Made by a program: the position numbers and the translations under genes
Part shown: positions 30,614-40,298 of the stretch, in pieces
Numbering within the stretch: the stretch's first letter is position 1
Layout of the letters: every line of letters starts with the position of its first letter
Assembly (NCBI GenBank): GCA_963760795.1
Contig: CAVXEP010000010.1
Location: forward strand, 1 to 64,000
Direction: 5' to 3'
DNA length: 64,000 bases
Source of the DNA: an uncultured delta proteobacterium
GTDB taxonomy: Bacteria; Desulfobacterota; Binatia; UBA9968
The notes under the pieces: generated by a model
What the model saw: the letters and a program-made list of their open reading frames with translations, nothing else
Databases searched by the model: none
What the model was told of the DNA's origin: nothing

Positions 30614-30795
30614 AACGTTAAACCGAAAAGCATCTTATCGCCGTTTAGGGGCCATTGTCTAGCCACGGAGCCAAAACTAGCGCGCTCGATAGCAAACGCT
30701 AAACACCGCGACACAACAGAGTCCTAAGACCGAGATGCACGACGAGATCCTCGCCTGCTTTAGCTCTGAATCTCTCTCACTTCCGGCTTGTTGTC

Positions 30796-32056
30796 TCACT
30801 CAAAGATCAGACTGGTAAACGTCACCGCCGAGCCGGTCTCGGGCGTGAACGCTTGCCCGTAATGGAGATGATGACCGCGCACACCGTCGAGCAGGTGAAT
30901 CAGTGAATAGAGCGGCGAGAAGCCGCAGATCTTCCGCTTGTCTTCGTCCTTGGCAATCTCATTGAAAAAACCCGGCGCATCCAAGGCGCTTAAACGCTCG
31001 ACCAGCTTGTGATCTTCCGCCTCGACCCATTTGAGGAAATCATCCGTGACCGATTCCTCGTCGCCAAACTGTTTGCCGACATGAGCGAGATCGACGCCGG
31101 CGACGAAGCAAATTTGCCGCCCGTCATGTTGGGCTAAATGGCGCAGCGTGCGCAAGAAATTGCCCACCGGAAGGGTGTCTTCCGGCGGCGTCAGACTGAC
31201 CATCATCGGGTGGAATGACGAAACCAAAATCGGCACGATCTTAAATGGCTTCTCCGGTTCGCCCGTGAGCGTCGCGCGTTTCTGCGCGATGTATTTCAAG
31301 AACAGCACCTGAAATTCGATGGAATGCTCGCCGCGATGAAGATATTCATCGGTGAAACAGTCCTCGGCGCACTGCGACTGTAACTGTGCCGACGAACTCG
31401 GCGTCAGTTTCGACTAAGCCAAGCGGCGTTTCAAAACTTTTACGGGTGAGAATGTAAGGTGTCTGACCGCCGCAGTGTGACGTGCCAAGAACAATGTAGA
31501 GGTCGGCACCGGCACTTTCAGCCAAGCGTTTGTAAGCCCAGGCGTAGGCCGGGCCACCGCGGTGAAAGTCGATGTGCGGCGCGACAATTGCCTTGGGCGC
31601 CTTTGACGCCGCCGCGCCAGCAGAAGTCGACGGCAGCCCGGGGCCTGTCGGCGCGGTAAAATAGCTGTCGAGCTGCGCCGTCAGTGCCGCCGGATCGTTC
31701 TTGTAACCGCCGCCGACATGGGCCGGCGCACGGCTGGGCCGCGCGCGAAACTCGGCGATCACAGATTGCTGGTATTGCTCAAACCGCGCGCTTTTCAAGT
31801 AATAGTGTTGATCGAGCATATCGACGAATTGATCGAACTCAGCGTGCGCCAGCGGCGCGCGAAACCGTTGTTCGAAAACTTCGCGAAGCTCGTTGTAAGC
31901 ATGGCGTCCGTCGAAATGGGCTAATAGAAAATAACCTACCGGGGAAATTCCCAGGGGCGTGGCGAAATTGAGCGGGTCTTTGAGATAGATGAGAGTCTTG
32001 CCGTCTTGTTGGACCGGAAATGCCTCGATGGCACGAACTCTCGGTTTGTCGTCCAT
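30796..32056 (-). CDS. amrB: AmmeMemoRadiSam protein B (MEMO1 family) with an N-terminal extension (frameshift near 31388)
   Basis: APHID, LGTSH, FETPLG, HRGEHSIEFQ, DLAHVG, ICG. Confidence 0.88.
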
Positions 32057-32096
32057 AAACGAGTCAGCTGCTAACGCGAGTCGCCCCACCGCCGCT

Positions 32097-32396
32097 TCAG
32101 ACGATGCCAAGTCGCTCCTTGGCTTCCTCGGCGATCATGCTCGGATTCCACGCCGGTTCCCAAACCAGATCGACGGTGGCATCGCTGACCCCTTCGATGG
32201 CCATGATTTTCTCTTTGGCGTCCGCCGCGATCATGCCGCCCATGCCGCAACCCGGCGCGGTCAGCGTCATCTTCACCGCCACTTTGTCGTCGGTTACCTC
32301 GACATCGTAGACCAAACCAAGGTCGACAATGTTGACCGGAATCTCCGGGTCGAAACATTCATGCAAGGCTTCGTAAACCTGTTCTTTGGTAATCAT
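32097..32396 (-). CDS. DUF59 / metal-sulfur cluster assembly factor (SufT/PaaD-like)
   Basis: DPEIPVNIVDLGLVY, MTLTAPGC, VWEPAW. Confidence 0.92.
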   Translation of the reverse strand: MITKEQVYEALHECFDPEIPVNIVDLGLVYDVEVTDDKVAVKMTLTAPGCGMGGMIAADAKEKIMAIEGVSDATVDLVWEPAWNPSMIAEEAKERLGIV

Positions 32397-32436
32397 CCTA
32401 GTTCTCCTCTTGGCGCCCGGCTGCCAATAACCCGCT

Positions 32437-33540
32437 TCAATGGGTGGTAATGATCGTCGGTCCCTGACCTTTATTGCCGCGTTCGGCGGCGATCGACAGT
32501 TGCCCGGCCAATTTGCCGGCGATATCGAGAAAACTCTTGCTCACCGGCGAGTTTGGATCCTGAATCAAGATCGGCACCCCTTCATCGCCGCCCTGGCGCA
32601 GCGCCGGCGTGATCGGAATCTCGCCGAGGAAGGGAATTTGAAAGCGTTCGGCCGCCTGTTTGGCGCCGCCGCGGGAAAAAATATCATGTTCCTTGTTACA
32701 ACCGTCGCAGATGAAATAACTCATATTCTCGATCAGGCCGACGATCGGGATCATCACCTTGTCGAACATCGATTTCGCCCGCACGACATCGGCCAGGGCG
32801 ACATGTTGCGGCGTCGCCACCAACAGGGCGCCGCTGACCTTGAGCTGTTGCGAGAAAGTAATTTGCACATCGCCGGTGCCTGGAGGCATATCGACGACCA
32901 GATAATCCAACTCGCCCCAATGCACGTCGCCCATCAGTTGATGCAATGCCTTGCCGAGCATCGGTCCGCGCCAAATCACCGCCTGATCGGCATCGAGAAA
33001 AAAACCGATGGACATCACCGGCACGCCATGGGCCATGGTCGGTTCGATTTTCTGGACGCCGCCAACTTCGATTTTTTTCGGCTCGCCTTTGACGCCCATG
33101 ATGATCGGCACCGATGGCCCGTAAATGTCGGCGTCGAGCAGCCCGGTCTTAGCACCGAGCATATGCAGCGCCACGGCCAAGTTAGCTGCCACCGTCGATT
33201 TTCCGACTCCGCCCTTTCCCGCCGCCACCAGGACGACATTCTTAACCGTCGGCAATAAATCGGTTTGCCCGGCGCCGGATTTGCTGCCACGCACTTGGGC
33301 ACCGAAGTTTATTTCCAGGCCGGTGATGCCGGGGACCGCGCCCAAAGCTTTTTTACAATCGGTCTCAATGGTTTCACGCAGCGGACAGGCCGGCGTGGTC
33401 AATTCCACGGTAAAGCGCACTCTGCCGTTGTCGATGCTGAGTTCTTTGACCATCCCCAGGCTGACGATATCGCGGTGCAGTTCGGGGTCTTGGACGTTGC
33501 GCAACGCTGCGATGATTTGTTCTTGCGAAATATTTTCCAC
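32437..33540 (-). CDS. mrp: Mrp/ApbC/NBP35 Fe-S carrier ATPase
   Basis: N-terminal DUF59 (DPE, TTPACP), GKGGVGKST, DADIYGPS, WRGPM, DMPPGTGD, ENMS..CDGC; GTG start with GAGGA SD. Confidence 0.95.
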   Translation of the reverse strand: MENISQEQIIAALRNVQDPELHRDIVSLGMVKELSIDNGRVRFTVELTTPACPLRETIETDCKKALGAVPGITGLEINFGAQVRGSKSGAGQTDLLPTVKNVVLVAAGKGGVGKSTVAANLAVALHMLGAKTGLLDADIYGPSVPIIMGVKGEPKKIEVGGVQKIEPTMAHGVPVMSIGFFLDADQAVIWRGPMLGKALHQLMGDVHWGELDYLVVDMPPGTGDVQITFSQQLKVSGALLVATPQHVALADVVRAKSMFDKVMIPIVGLIENMSYFICDGCNKEHDIFSRGGAKQAAERFQIPFLGEIPITPALRQGGDEGVPILIQDPNSPVSKSFLDIAGKLAGQLSIAAERGNKGQGPTIITTH

Positions 33541-33563
33541 GAATTTCCTCTCGACGCGAAGGA

Positions 33564-33593
33564 ACTATAGGCTTATAAAGTCTATGAGGTCAA
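33564..33593 (-). promoter_or_regulatory. sigma70 promoter of mrp with an overlapping 19-bp near-palindrome
   Basis: TTGACC-N18-TATAGT; ATAGGCTTATAAAGTCTAT at 33567-33585. Confidence 0.55.
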
Positions 33594-33985
33594 TGACGCG
33601 ACGTCATATCCAGCAAAACTCGCCGTTGGCTTCGGAGAATCATTCAACAAGCCTCATAAATCGCTCACTGTTCCTTGCGCATTCGCGGCTCTTTGTTAGT
33701 ATTTACCTATAGTTGCCGTCCGATCACCGTCCTCTCGCTAGCATGTCAACGAACAAACCGGGAAATGGCTCATTGCGGCTGCGCCAAATCGACACCAACA
33801 AATGGAAATCGAGCGGCAAAGACGCGAAATCGACAAGTATAGCCGCCAATTCGAATACTGAGCGGCGCTAATCGGTAAACTGCCGACCGCAGTAGGGTTT
33901 TCCTATAACCGTTATCTATTTATTGTTTCACTACGTCTAACCAGAGACAGCCCAAGGCTTACATAGCGAAGGCCGAGGAGGAACT

Positions 33986-34693
33986 ATGAGAAATACCAAT
34001 CGATTATCCACGACCGCACTGTTGGTCGCCGCAGTCCTGGCGGGCTGTGCCGGCGGTGAAATCACCACCCGTGAAAAAGGCGCCGGCATCGGCGCCCTGG
34101 GCGGCGCCGCCGCGGGCGGCTTGATTGGCGCTGCAACCGGCCGTCCAGGAGTGGGCGCCGCGGTCGGCGGCGCGTTAGGCTTGGGCGCCGGCGCCCTCAT
34201 CGGCGACCAGCTGCAGGGGCAAGAAAACCGCCAAAAAGACCAACAGAAGGCGATCGACCAGCAAAGAGTCGAACTCGAGAAGAATCGCGCTCTGATCGAA
34301 GAACTGAAAAAACGCAACATTGAAGCTAAGGAAACCAGCCGCGGCGTCATGGTCAATTTGCCGAGCGTCAATTTTGAATTTGACAGCGCCGATCTTTCGC
34401 GCGATGGCCGCGAACGGGTCAACCAGATCGCCGATATTATTCGCCGCGATGCGCCCAATCGCCGCATCACCGTCGAAGGCCACGCCAGTCGGGAGAGCGC
34501 CGCCGCCGAAGCTTATAATCAGCGATTGTCGGAACGGCGCGCCTCTACCGTAGCCGATAGCTTGGAGCGAAGCGGTGTGAACGGCAGGAACATTTCCTCC
34601 CAGGGTGTCGGCACCCGCGCGCCGGTGGCGAGCAACGACAGCGAAAGCGGACGGCAGCAGAATCGCCGCGTCGAAGTGATTATCGAAAATTAA
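33986..34693 (+). CDS. OmpA family lipoprotein with a glycine zipper
   Basis: LAGC lipobox, GxxxG zipper, FEFDSA, VEGH, NQRLSERRA, NRRVE. Confidence 0.92.
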   Translation: MRNTNRLSTTALLVAAVLAGCAGGEITTREKGAGIGALGGAAAGGLIGAATGRPGVGAAVGGALGLGAGALIGDQLQGQENRQKDQQKAIDQQRVELEKNRALIEELKKRNIEAKETSRGVMVNLPSVNFEFDSADLSRDGRERVNQIADIIRRDAPNRRITVEGHASRESAAAEAYNQRLSERRASTVADSLERSGVNGRNISSQGVGTRAPVASNDSESGRQQNRRVEVIIEN

Positions 34694-35287
34694 TCAGAAC
34701 TTGAATGCGCGTCAAACCGCAGCTCGGTTCCGGCGCGTAACCGCTGAATATTGCCGCGATGACGCCAGACGATCATGGCGGCAAAAAAGGCGCCCAGCAA
34801 GACGATCGCTCGGGGCTGCAAAAACAGCCAGAGCGCGAACGGGGCCGAGGCCGCTGCGACGATCGAGCTCAACGACACCAGGCGGGTAGGAAAAACCACC
34901 ACAGCGAAAATTGCCACCAACAGTAAACCGGCTAGCGGCGCAATGACTAGGAGCGAGCCTAGTGCCGTCGCCACTCCTTTGCCACCGCGAAATTTCAAAA
35001 ATACCGGATAGAGATGACCGAGAAAAGCCGCGGCGGAGAGCGCCGCGATCGCCGCCGGTGGTAGCGTCATCGCAAGACCGATCGCTGCCGGCAGCATACC
35101 TTTCACCGCATCCGCCAGCAAAGTTAAAACCCCCTGCCATTTGCCAACCGCCCGCGCGACATTGGTCGCGCCGACGTTACCGCTGCCCACCTGGCGCACG
35201 TCAACCCCGGCAAACTTTGCCCAGTATATAGCCTGTCGGGATCGAGCCGAGGAGGTAGGCCAAACCAATGAGCGCGATGATTTCCAT
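34690..35287 (-). CDS. plsY: Glycerol-3-phosphate acyltransferase PlsY (frameshift near 35217)
   Basis: MEIIALIGLAYLLGSIPTG then DVRQVGSGNVGATN, GHLYPVFLKFRGGKGVAT, RHRGNI. Confidence 0.93.
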
Positions 35288-35311
35288 GCGTCAGGGCGAC
35301 CGTGCGCCAGC

Positions 35312-35711
35312 CTAGAGACGCAGGCGCCTCCGGTATTTGCGCTCGCGCCGGACGGAGTAGAGACCGCCACAAACCCAGCCCAAGACAAAGGCAACGCCGC
35401 CAACCACCAAGGCGATCTTCACTTCCGCTTCATGGGCTTCAAGCAATTGTAATAAGGAAGGCGATTTCCCATCCGTCGGCTTGGCTCGGGCCACTTCCAC
35501 CGGCGCGGCGGTTGCCGCAACCGGCGGTGACTTTTCGGTTTTGGCGACGGTTGATGCAGTGGTTTGGGCGGCGCCGCTTCCCTGGGCCGCCGGCGTTCCG
35601 GGTCCCCGTGGCTTTTTGTCCAACCGCTTCAGCCGCATGGGCGCTATTGGCGCGCACCAAGAATCCAATGACAACCAAGCATGGGAAAAAGTTACGACAG
35701 CGACCAAACAT
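35312..35711 (-). CDS. Hypothetical protein: signal peptide, Ala/Thr-rich linker, C-terminal TM and basic tail (probable frameshift near 35600)
   Basis: Two overlapping ORFs give a signal-like N-terminus (AHA-AE) and IALVVGGVAFVLGWVCGG...RRERKYRRRLRL. Confidence 0.5.
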
Positions 35712-35777
35712 GGGCTCAATCTAACACAACCGTCGAATGCGGCTCAACGAATTTTCTTGAATTGCAGCGGCGAATGC

Positions 35778-35810
35778 AAAAAGCCCCGCAGAGTACTACC
35801 CTGCGGGGCT
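35778..35810 (-). terminator. Intrinsic terminator after the cupin gene
   Basis: AGCCCCGCAG/CTGCGGGGCT stem followed by a T-run on the minus strand. Confidence 0.8.
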
Positions 35811-35835
35811 AATAAACCAAAAAATCGATGACCGC

Positions 35836-36927
35836 TTAAGGTCTCTTGTAAAAATTCGGATCCATCTTGGTCGTCGTGCCGGACTTGCCGAGTTCTTCCT
35901 CGAACATCTTGCGAATGTTGGGGTCCTCGTCGAAGTACTCGATTTGATTGCCGCCAGCCTTCACGTCCTTGTCGACTTTAGTGATATCGCCGAACCCCTC
36001 ACCCAGACTGTACTTGATCCCGCCCAAACGCGGCGGCAAGTAACGCGCCCCGGTGGCGCCGGTGTTGAAGTGCTGGTGCCACATCATCGCCGGCGGTGTA
36101 AAGACACTGCCATCCTGCCAATCGTAACGTTTCGGCTCCTCGCCCTGGCGCCAAAACATCGAGAAACCTTTACCCTTGATGATGATGACGTTAAAGCCGG
36201 GTCCGTGGCGATGGGCTTTCTTGTAGGTGCCAACGGGAAATTCCGAGATATGCGCGGCCATGGAGCCATTGGCCATTTCTAACATGACGTTTTTGCCACC
36301 GCCGCCGCGCTCGACCCAATCTTCCAGCGCAAAGCTGCGCGCGTCGGCGATAAAATTAGTATCCCAGACCCGGCCCGGATAGGCTTTACCCTTGCCGCTA
36401 AAATATTCCGGATCGCCATCGAAACGGTCGGTGAAATCCCGCGGCGTGTTGAAGACAAAGTCCTCATGATGAAACAGGTTGAAGACAATCGGCGCGCTGT
36501 TGACCGAGAAAAACCGCGCCGGCTCGTCGCCGGAACCGTTGAAGTGCTGATAAGTGCAATTGAGCGGCAACGCGAACAGGCTGCCGTCGTGCCATTCGAA
36601 CTGCGTCTTGACGCCCTTGTCGTTCCAAATCGTCGTCGCGCCACGTCCCTTGAGGACGAAATGCAAATCTTCGTAGAGGTGGCGCATCGGGTTCAATTTT
36701 TTGCCAGCGGGAATCTCGCTGACGTAGGCACCGGTCGCGCCTTCCGCGCCTTCCATGTTGATAAACGCGCCGCTGCCGCCGATCCGGGCCCAGGGTTTGA
36801 GGTCGACTTTCTTTAGATCCTGGACGAAAAAGGTTTTCATGATGGGAATCCCCTCGCCCAACTGCCACTTATCGTAAAAGGGGATATTATCCATCACGTT
36901 GTCGGACTGCTCTGCTGGTTTCGACAT
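35836..36927 (-). CDS. Bicupin protein (gentisate dioxygenase-like fold)
   Basis: RHLYE...YQHFN and KAHRHGPG...WHQHFN cupin motifs; GGAGG SD. Confidence 0.8.
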   Translation of the reverse strand: MSKPAEQSDNVMDNIPFYDKWQLGEGIPIMKTFFVQDLKKVDLKPWARIGGSGAFINMEGAEGATGAYVSEIPAGKKLNPMRHLYEDLHFVLKGRGATTIWNDKGVKTQFEWHDGSLFALPLNCTYQHFNGSGDEPARFFSVNSAPIVFNLFHHEDFVFNTPRDFTDRFDGDPEYFSGKGKAYPGRVWDTNFIADARSFALEDWVERGGGGKNVMLEMANGSMAAHISEFPVGTYKKAHRHGPGFNVIIIKGKGFSMFWRQGEEPKRYDWQDGSVFTPPAMMWHQHFNTGATGARYLPPRLGGIKYSLGEGFGDITKVDKDVKAGGNQIEYFDEDPNIRKMFEEELGKSGTTTKMDPNFYKRP

Positions 36928-37160
36928 AAATTTCCTCCGAAAAAACTTGCCCGAGTTAATATCGTATCGATCGCGCGAAAGCAAGGTGACATCCGGCGCG
37001 TTGCGCCGATGGCGTGCCACCCAGAGCGCGTCGCAAGACGCTGCGGCGAATCTGTTTATAGCATTGACTTTGAAGGTGAAACTCTACTAAATGGCGGCTA
37101 CGGTCGGGGCTCTTTTACACCGACTAGAGACCGCGTGCGATTTAATAAAGGAGATCTCGC

Positions 37161-37376
37161 TTGGCAACAACGATTGAAGCCCCAATGGTAGGCAAGGTGC
37201 TTAAAATAGAAAAACAAGTTGGCGAACGGGTCGAAGAAGACGATGTCGTCATCGTCATGGAAGCGATGAAGATGGAGATTCCGGTCGTCGCTCCCGCTGG
37301 TGGCGTAGTCAAAGAAATCAAAGTTTCTCCCGGCCAAGCCGTCGAAGCCGAGCAAGTTCTCGCAGTCATCGAATAA
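37161..37376 (+). CDS. Stand-alone biotin carboxyl carrier protein
   Basis: APMVG, EAMKM; TTG start with AAGGAG SD. Confidence 0.93.
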   Translation: MATTIEAPMVGKVLKIEKQVGERVEEDDVVIVMEAMKMEIPVVAPAGGVVKEIKVSPGQAVEAEQVLAVIE

Positions 37377-37427
37377 TCGCGGATTGCATCCCGTTAGCTC
37401 AGCGATCTAATCCCACAAGGAGATTTC

Positions 37428-37574
37428 ATGGATACCTGGACGTTCGGCTGGACGCTGGCGTTGATCGGTATGGGCGGGACCATGTTGGTCCTCTGGCTTA
37501 TTAGCATCATGATCCTGCTCATTAGAAAAATCTTCCCGTATCAAGCCGAGCCATCGGCAGTAAAGAAAGGTTAA
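37428..37574 (+). CDS. OadG/MmdD-like gamma/delta subunit (48 aa)
   Basis: AAGGAG SD; MDTWTFGWTLALIGMGGTMLVLWLISIMILLIRKIFPYQAEPSAVKKG*; lies between the BCCP and beta genes; not in the ORF track. Confidence 0.8.
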   Translation: MDTWTFGWTLALIGMGGTMLVLWLISIMILLIRKIFPYQAEPSAVKKG

Positions 37575-37582
37575 TACAGTCA

Positions 37583-38731
37583 ATGGAATCCGCGCTGGTT
37601 TCCGGCGTCCAGGGTCTATTTGCCGGTGTCGTGAGCATCACGATTTGGCAAATCATCATGCTCGTCATAGCTTCGGTGCTGCTCTACCTCGGCATTAAAA
37701 AAGGCTATGAACCGCTTTTACTCGTACCCATAGGCTTCGGCGCTATCCTAGTCAATATCCCGCTCGCCGACATGATGGGCAAAGATGGTTTTCTCCGCTT
37801 CTTCTACGATGCGGGCGTGCTCACAGAAGTATTTCCGTTGCTGATTTTTATCGGCATCGGCGCCATGACCGATTTTCAGCCTTTGTTGCAGAATCCCAAA
37901 ATTATTCTGCTCGGTGCCGCCGGCCAGTTCGGCATATTTTTAACCCTGCTGCTCGCTCTGGCTCTGGGGTTCGACAAACTCGATGCCGTCGCCGTTGCCG
38001 TCATCGGCGCATGCGACGGACCGACAGCGATTTACGTTAGCTCAAAGTTCGCCCCGCACATGCTCGGCGCAGTATCGGTCGCCGCATATTCGTACATGTC
38101 TTTGGTGCCTTTGATCCAGCCGCCGATCATGCGCGCCCTCACCACTGAGAAGGAACGGCAGATCGTCATGGGCACGGCCAAGTTGGAACCGATCTCAAAG
38201 ACCACCAAAATCGTCTTTCCCATCGCCGTAACCATTTTCGCTTCGATCTTGGCGCCCAAAGGCGCGCCACTCATCGGTACGGTCATGCTCGGCAACCTGT
38301 TGCGCGAAAGCGGCGTGGTTGAGCGGCTCAAGAGCGCCTCGGAGAACGAGATCGCCAATATCGTTACCTTGCTCCTCGGGCTGTGCATCGGCGCCACCAT
38401 GGAAGCGGACAAATTTTTGAAAGCACAAACGCTGTTGATCTTGGGTCTCGGGTTTATCGCCATCAGCTTGGACACCGTTGTCGGACTCCTCTTCGGCAAG
38501 TTGATGTGCGCGATGACCGGCGGCAAAGTCAATCCGCTGATCGGCGCCGCGGGCATTTCAGCATTTCCGATGGCGGCCCGCGTCGTCCAAGCCGAAGGTC
38601 AGAAATATAATAAGAAAAGTTATCTGTTGATGCATGCCATGAGCGCCAACGCCGGCGGCCAGATCGGCTCGGTGATCGCCGCGGCGGTCATGCTCTCGGT
38701 ACTGCAAGGAATGGGAATTGTCGGTGGATGA
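37583..38731 (+). CDS. Na+-translocating decarboxylase beta subunit (OadB/MmdB/GcdB family)
   Basis: EPLLLVPIGFG, GAMTDF, GAAGQFGIF, DGPT, AAYSYMSLVP, NPLIGAAGISAFPMAAR. Confidence 0.95.
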   Translation: MESALVSGVQGLFAGVVSITIWQIIMLVIASVLLYLGIKKGYEPLLLVPIGFGAILVNIPLADMMGKDGFLRFFYDAGVLTEVFPLLIFIGIGAMTDFQPLLQNPKIILLGAAGQFGIFLTLLLALALGFDKLDAVAVAVIGACDGPTAIYVSSKFAPHMLGAVSVAAYSYMSLVPLIQPPIMRALTTEKERQIVMGTAKLEPISKTTKIVFPIAVTIFASILAPKGAPLIGTVMLGNLLRESGVVERLKSASENEIANIVTLLLGLCIGATMEADKFLKAQTLLILGLGFIAISLDTVVGLLFGKLMCAMTGGKVNPLIGAAGISAFPMAARVVQAEGQKYNKKSYLLMHAMSANAGGQIGSVIAAAVMLSVLQGMGIVGG

Positions 38732-38744
38732 TTAGGCGGCGCCC

Positions 38745-40298
38745 ATGGCAAAATCACGAGAAGAGCTAGAAAAAAAACTCGCCGGTATGGAACAAAAGGT
38801 CGCCGCCGGCGATCCCAAGACCACGGCAAAGTTACACGAGCAAGGCAATCTCACCGCCCGTGAGCGCATCGATAAACTGTTGGACCCCGGCACCTTCGTC
38901 GAAGAATTCATGCTCGCGGAAACTCCCTGCATGGACTTCGGCATGGCCGAACGCAAGCAACCCTCCGACGGAGTCGTCACCGGTTTCGGCAAAATCGATG
39001 GCCGGCCGGTTTATGTCTATTCCCAGGACCGCGCGATACTGGCGGGCAGCGTCGGCGCGGCCCACGCGGAGAAGATCGCCTACGTGATTCAAACCGCGCG
39101 CAAAGTCGGCGTGCCGGTGATCGGCCTCAACGACTCCGCCGGCGCGCGCATCCAGGAAGGGCTCAGCGTCACCTCCGCCATCGGCAAAATATTTTTTGAG
39201 AACAGCATCGCCTCCGGCTGCATTCCGCAGATCTCGGCGATCATGGGTCCCTGCATCGGTGTCGGCTCCTATTCGCCGGCGCTCACCGATGTGATTTTGC
39301 AAGTGCAAAATTCCGGTCAAATGTTCATCACCGGACCGGCGGTAATCAAAGAAGTCTTGGGCGAAACCGTCACCATGGAAGAGTTGGGCGGCGCCAAAAT
39401 TCACTCTGAGATATCCGGCGTCACCGACTTGGTGGCGAAAAACGATGAAGAATGTCTGGCGATGATTCGCCGGCTGGTCAGTTTCCTACCGGCTAATTTC
39501 GAGGAAAAACCGCCGCGCAAACCAACCACCGACGATCCCGGCCGCATGCTCGATAATTTGGCAAAGCTCGTGCCCGAAGACATGAAGCGCGCCTATAATA
39601 TCGTCCAGGTAATCAAAGCCATCGTCGACGACGGCGATTTTTTCGAATTGAAAGCCAAGTTCGCGCGCAATCTCGTCATCGGCTTCGGCCGGCTGAATGG
39701 CGATCCGGTGGGCTTCGTCGCCAATCAGCCGATGTTTCTTGCCGGCAGCCTGGATGTCGACGCCTCGGACAAAGCGGCGCGCTTCATCCGCTTCTGCGAT
39801 GCCTTCAATGTCCCGGTGATTACCTTGATGGACGTGCCGGGTTTCTTTCCCGGCAAACAGCAGGAAGAAAAGGGCATTATTCGCCACGGCGCCAAGATGC
39901 TCTACGCCTACGCCGAAGCCACCGTGCCGAAAATCACCATCGTGCTGCGCAAAGGCTATGGCGGCGCCAAACAGGCGCTGTGCACTCGTGAGATGGGCGC
40001 CGATCAGTTATTCGTTTGGCCGGGAGTCGAACTCGCGGTGATGGGCGGCGGCGGTGCGGTGAACGTGCTCTACAAGAAAGAGATCGACCAGTCGGCCGAT
40101 CCGGCAAAAACCCGCGCGGAAAAACTCGCGGAATATCTGGAGCGCTTCAGCGGCCCCTTCGAAGCGCTGTCCAAGCAGTTCGCCCAAGCGGCCATTCGGC
40201 CTGCCGAGACCCGCAAGCGGCTGATTCAATCGCTGGAAGTTTTACGTAATAAAAAAGAAGACCGGCCGCGCAAGAAGCATGGCCTCATGCCGGTATAA
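38745..40298 (+). CDS. Acyl-CoA carboxyltransferase (MmdA/PccB family)
   Basis: [55 protein letters not shown]. Confidence 0.93.
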   Translation: MAKSREELEKKLAGMEQKVAAGDPKTTAKLHEQGNLTARERIDKLLDPGTFVEEFMLAETPCMDFGMAERKQPSDGVVTGFGKIDGRPVYVYSQDRAILAGSVGAAHAEKIAYVIQTARKVGVPVIGLNDSAGARIQEGLSVTSAIGKIFFENSIASGCIPQISAIMGPCIGVGSYSPALTDVILQVQNSGQMFITGPAVIKEVLGETVTMEELGGAKIHSEISGVTDLVAKNDEECLAMIRRLVSFLPANFEEKPPRKPTTDDPGRMLDNLAKLVPEDMKRAYNIVQVIKAIVDDGDFFELKAKFARNLVIGFGRLNGDPVGFVANQPMFLAGSLDVDASDKAARFIRFCDAFNVPVITLMDVPGFFPGKQQEEKGIIRHGAKMLYAYAEATVPKITIVLRKGYGGAKQALCTREMGADQLFVWPGVELAVMGGGGAVNVLYKKEIDQSADPAKTRAEKLAEYLERFSGPFEALSKQFAQAAIRPAETRKRLIQSLEVLRNKKEDRPRKKHGLMPV

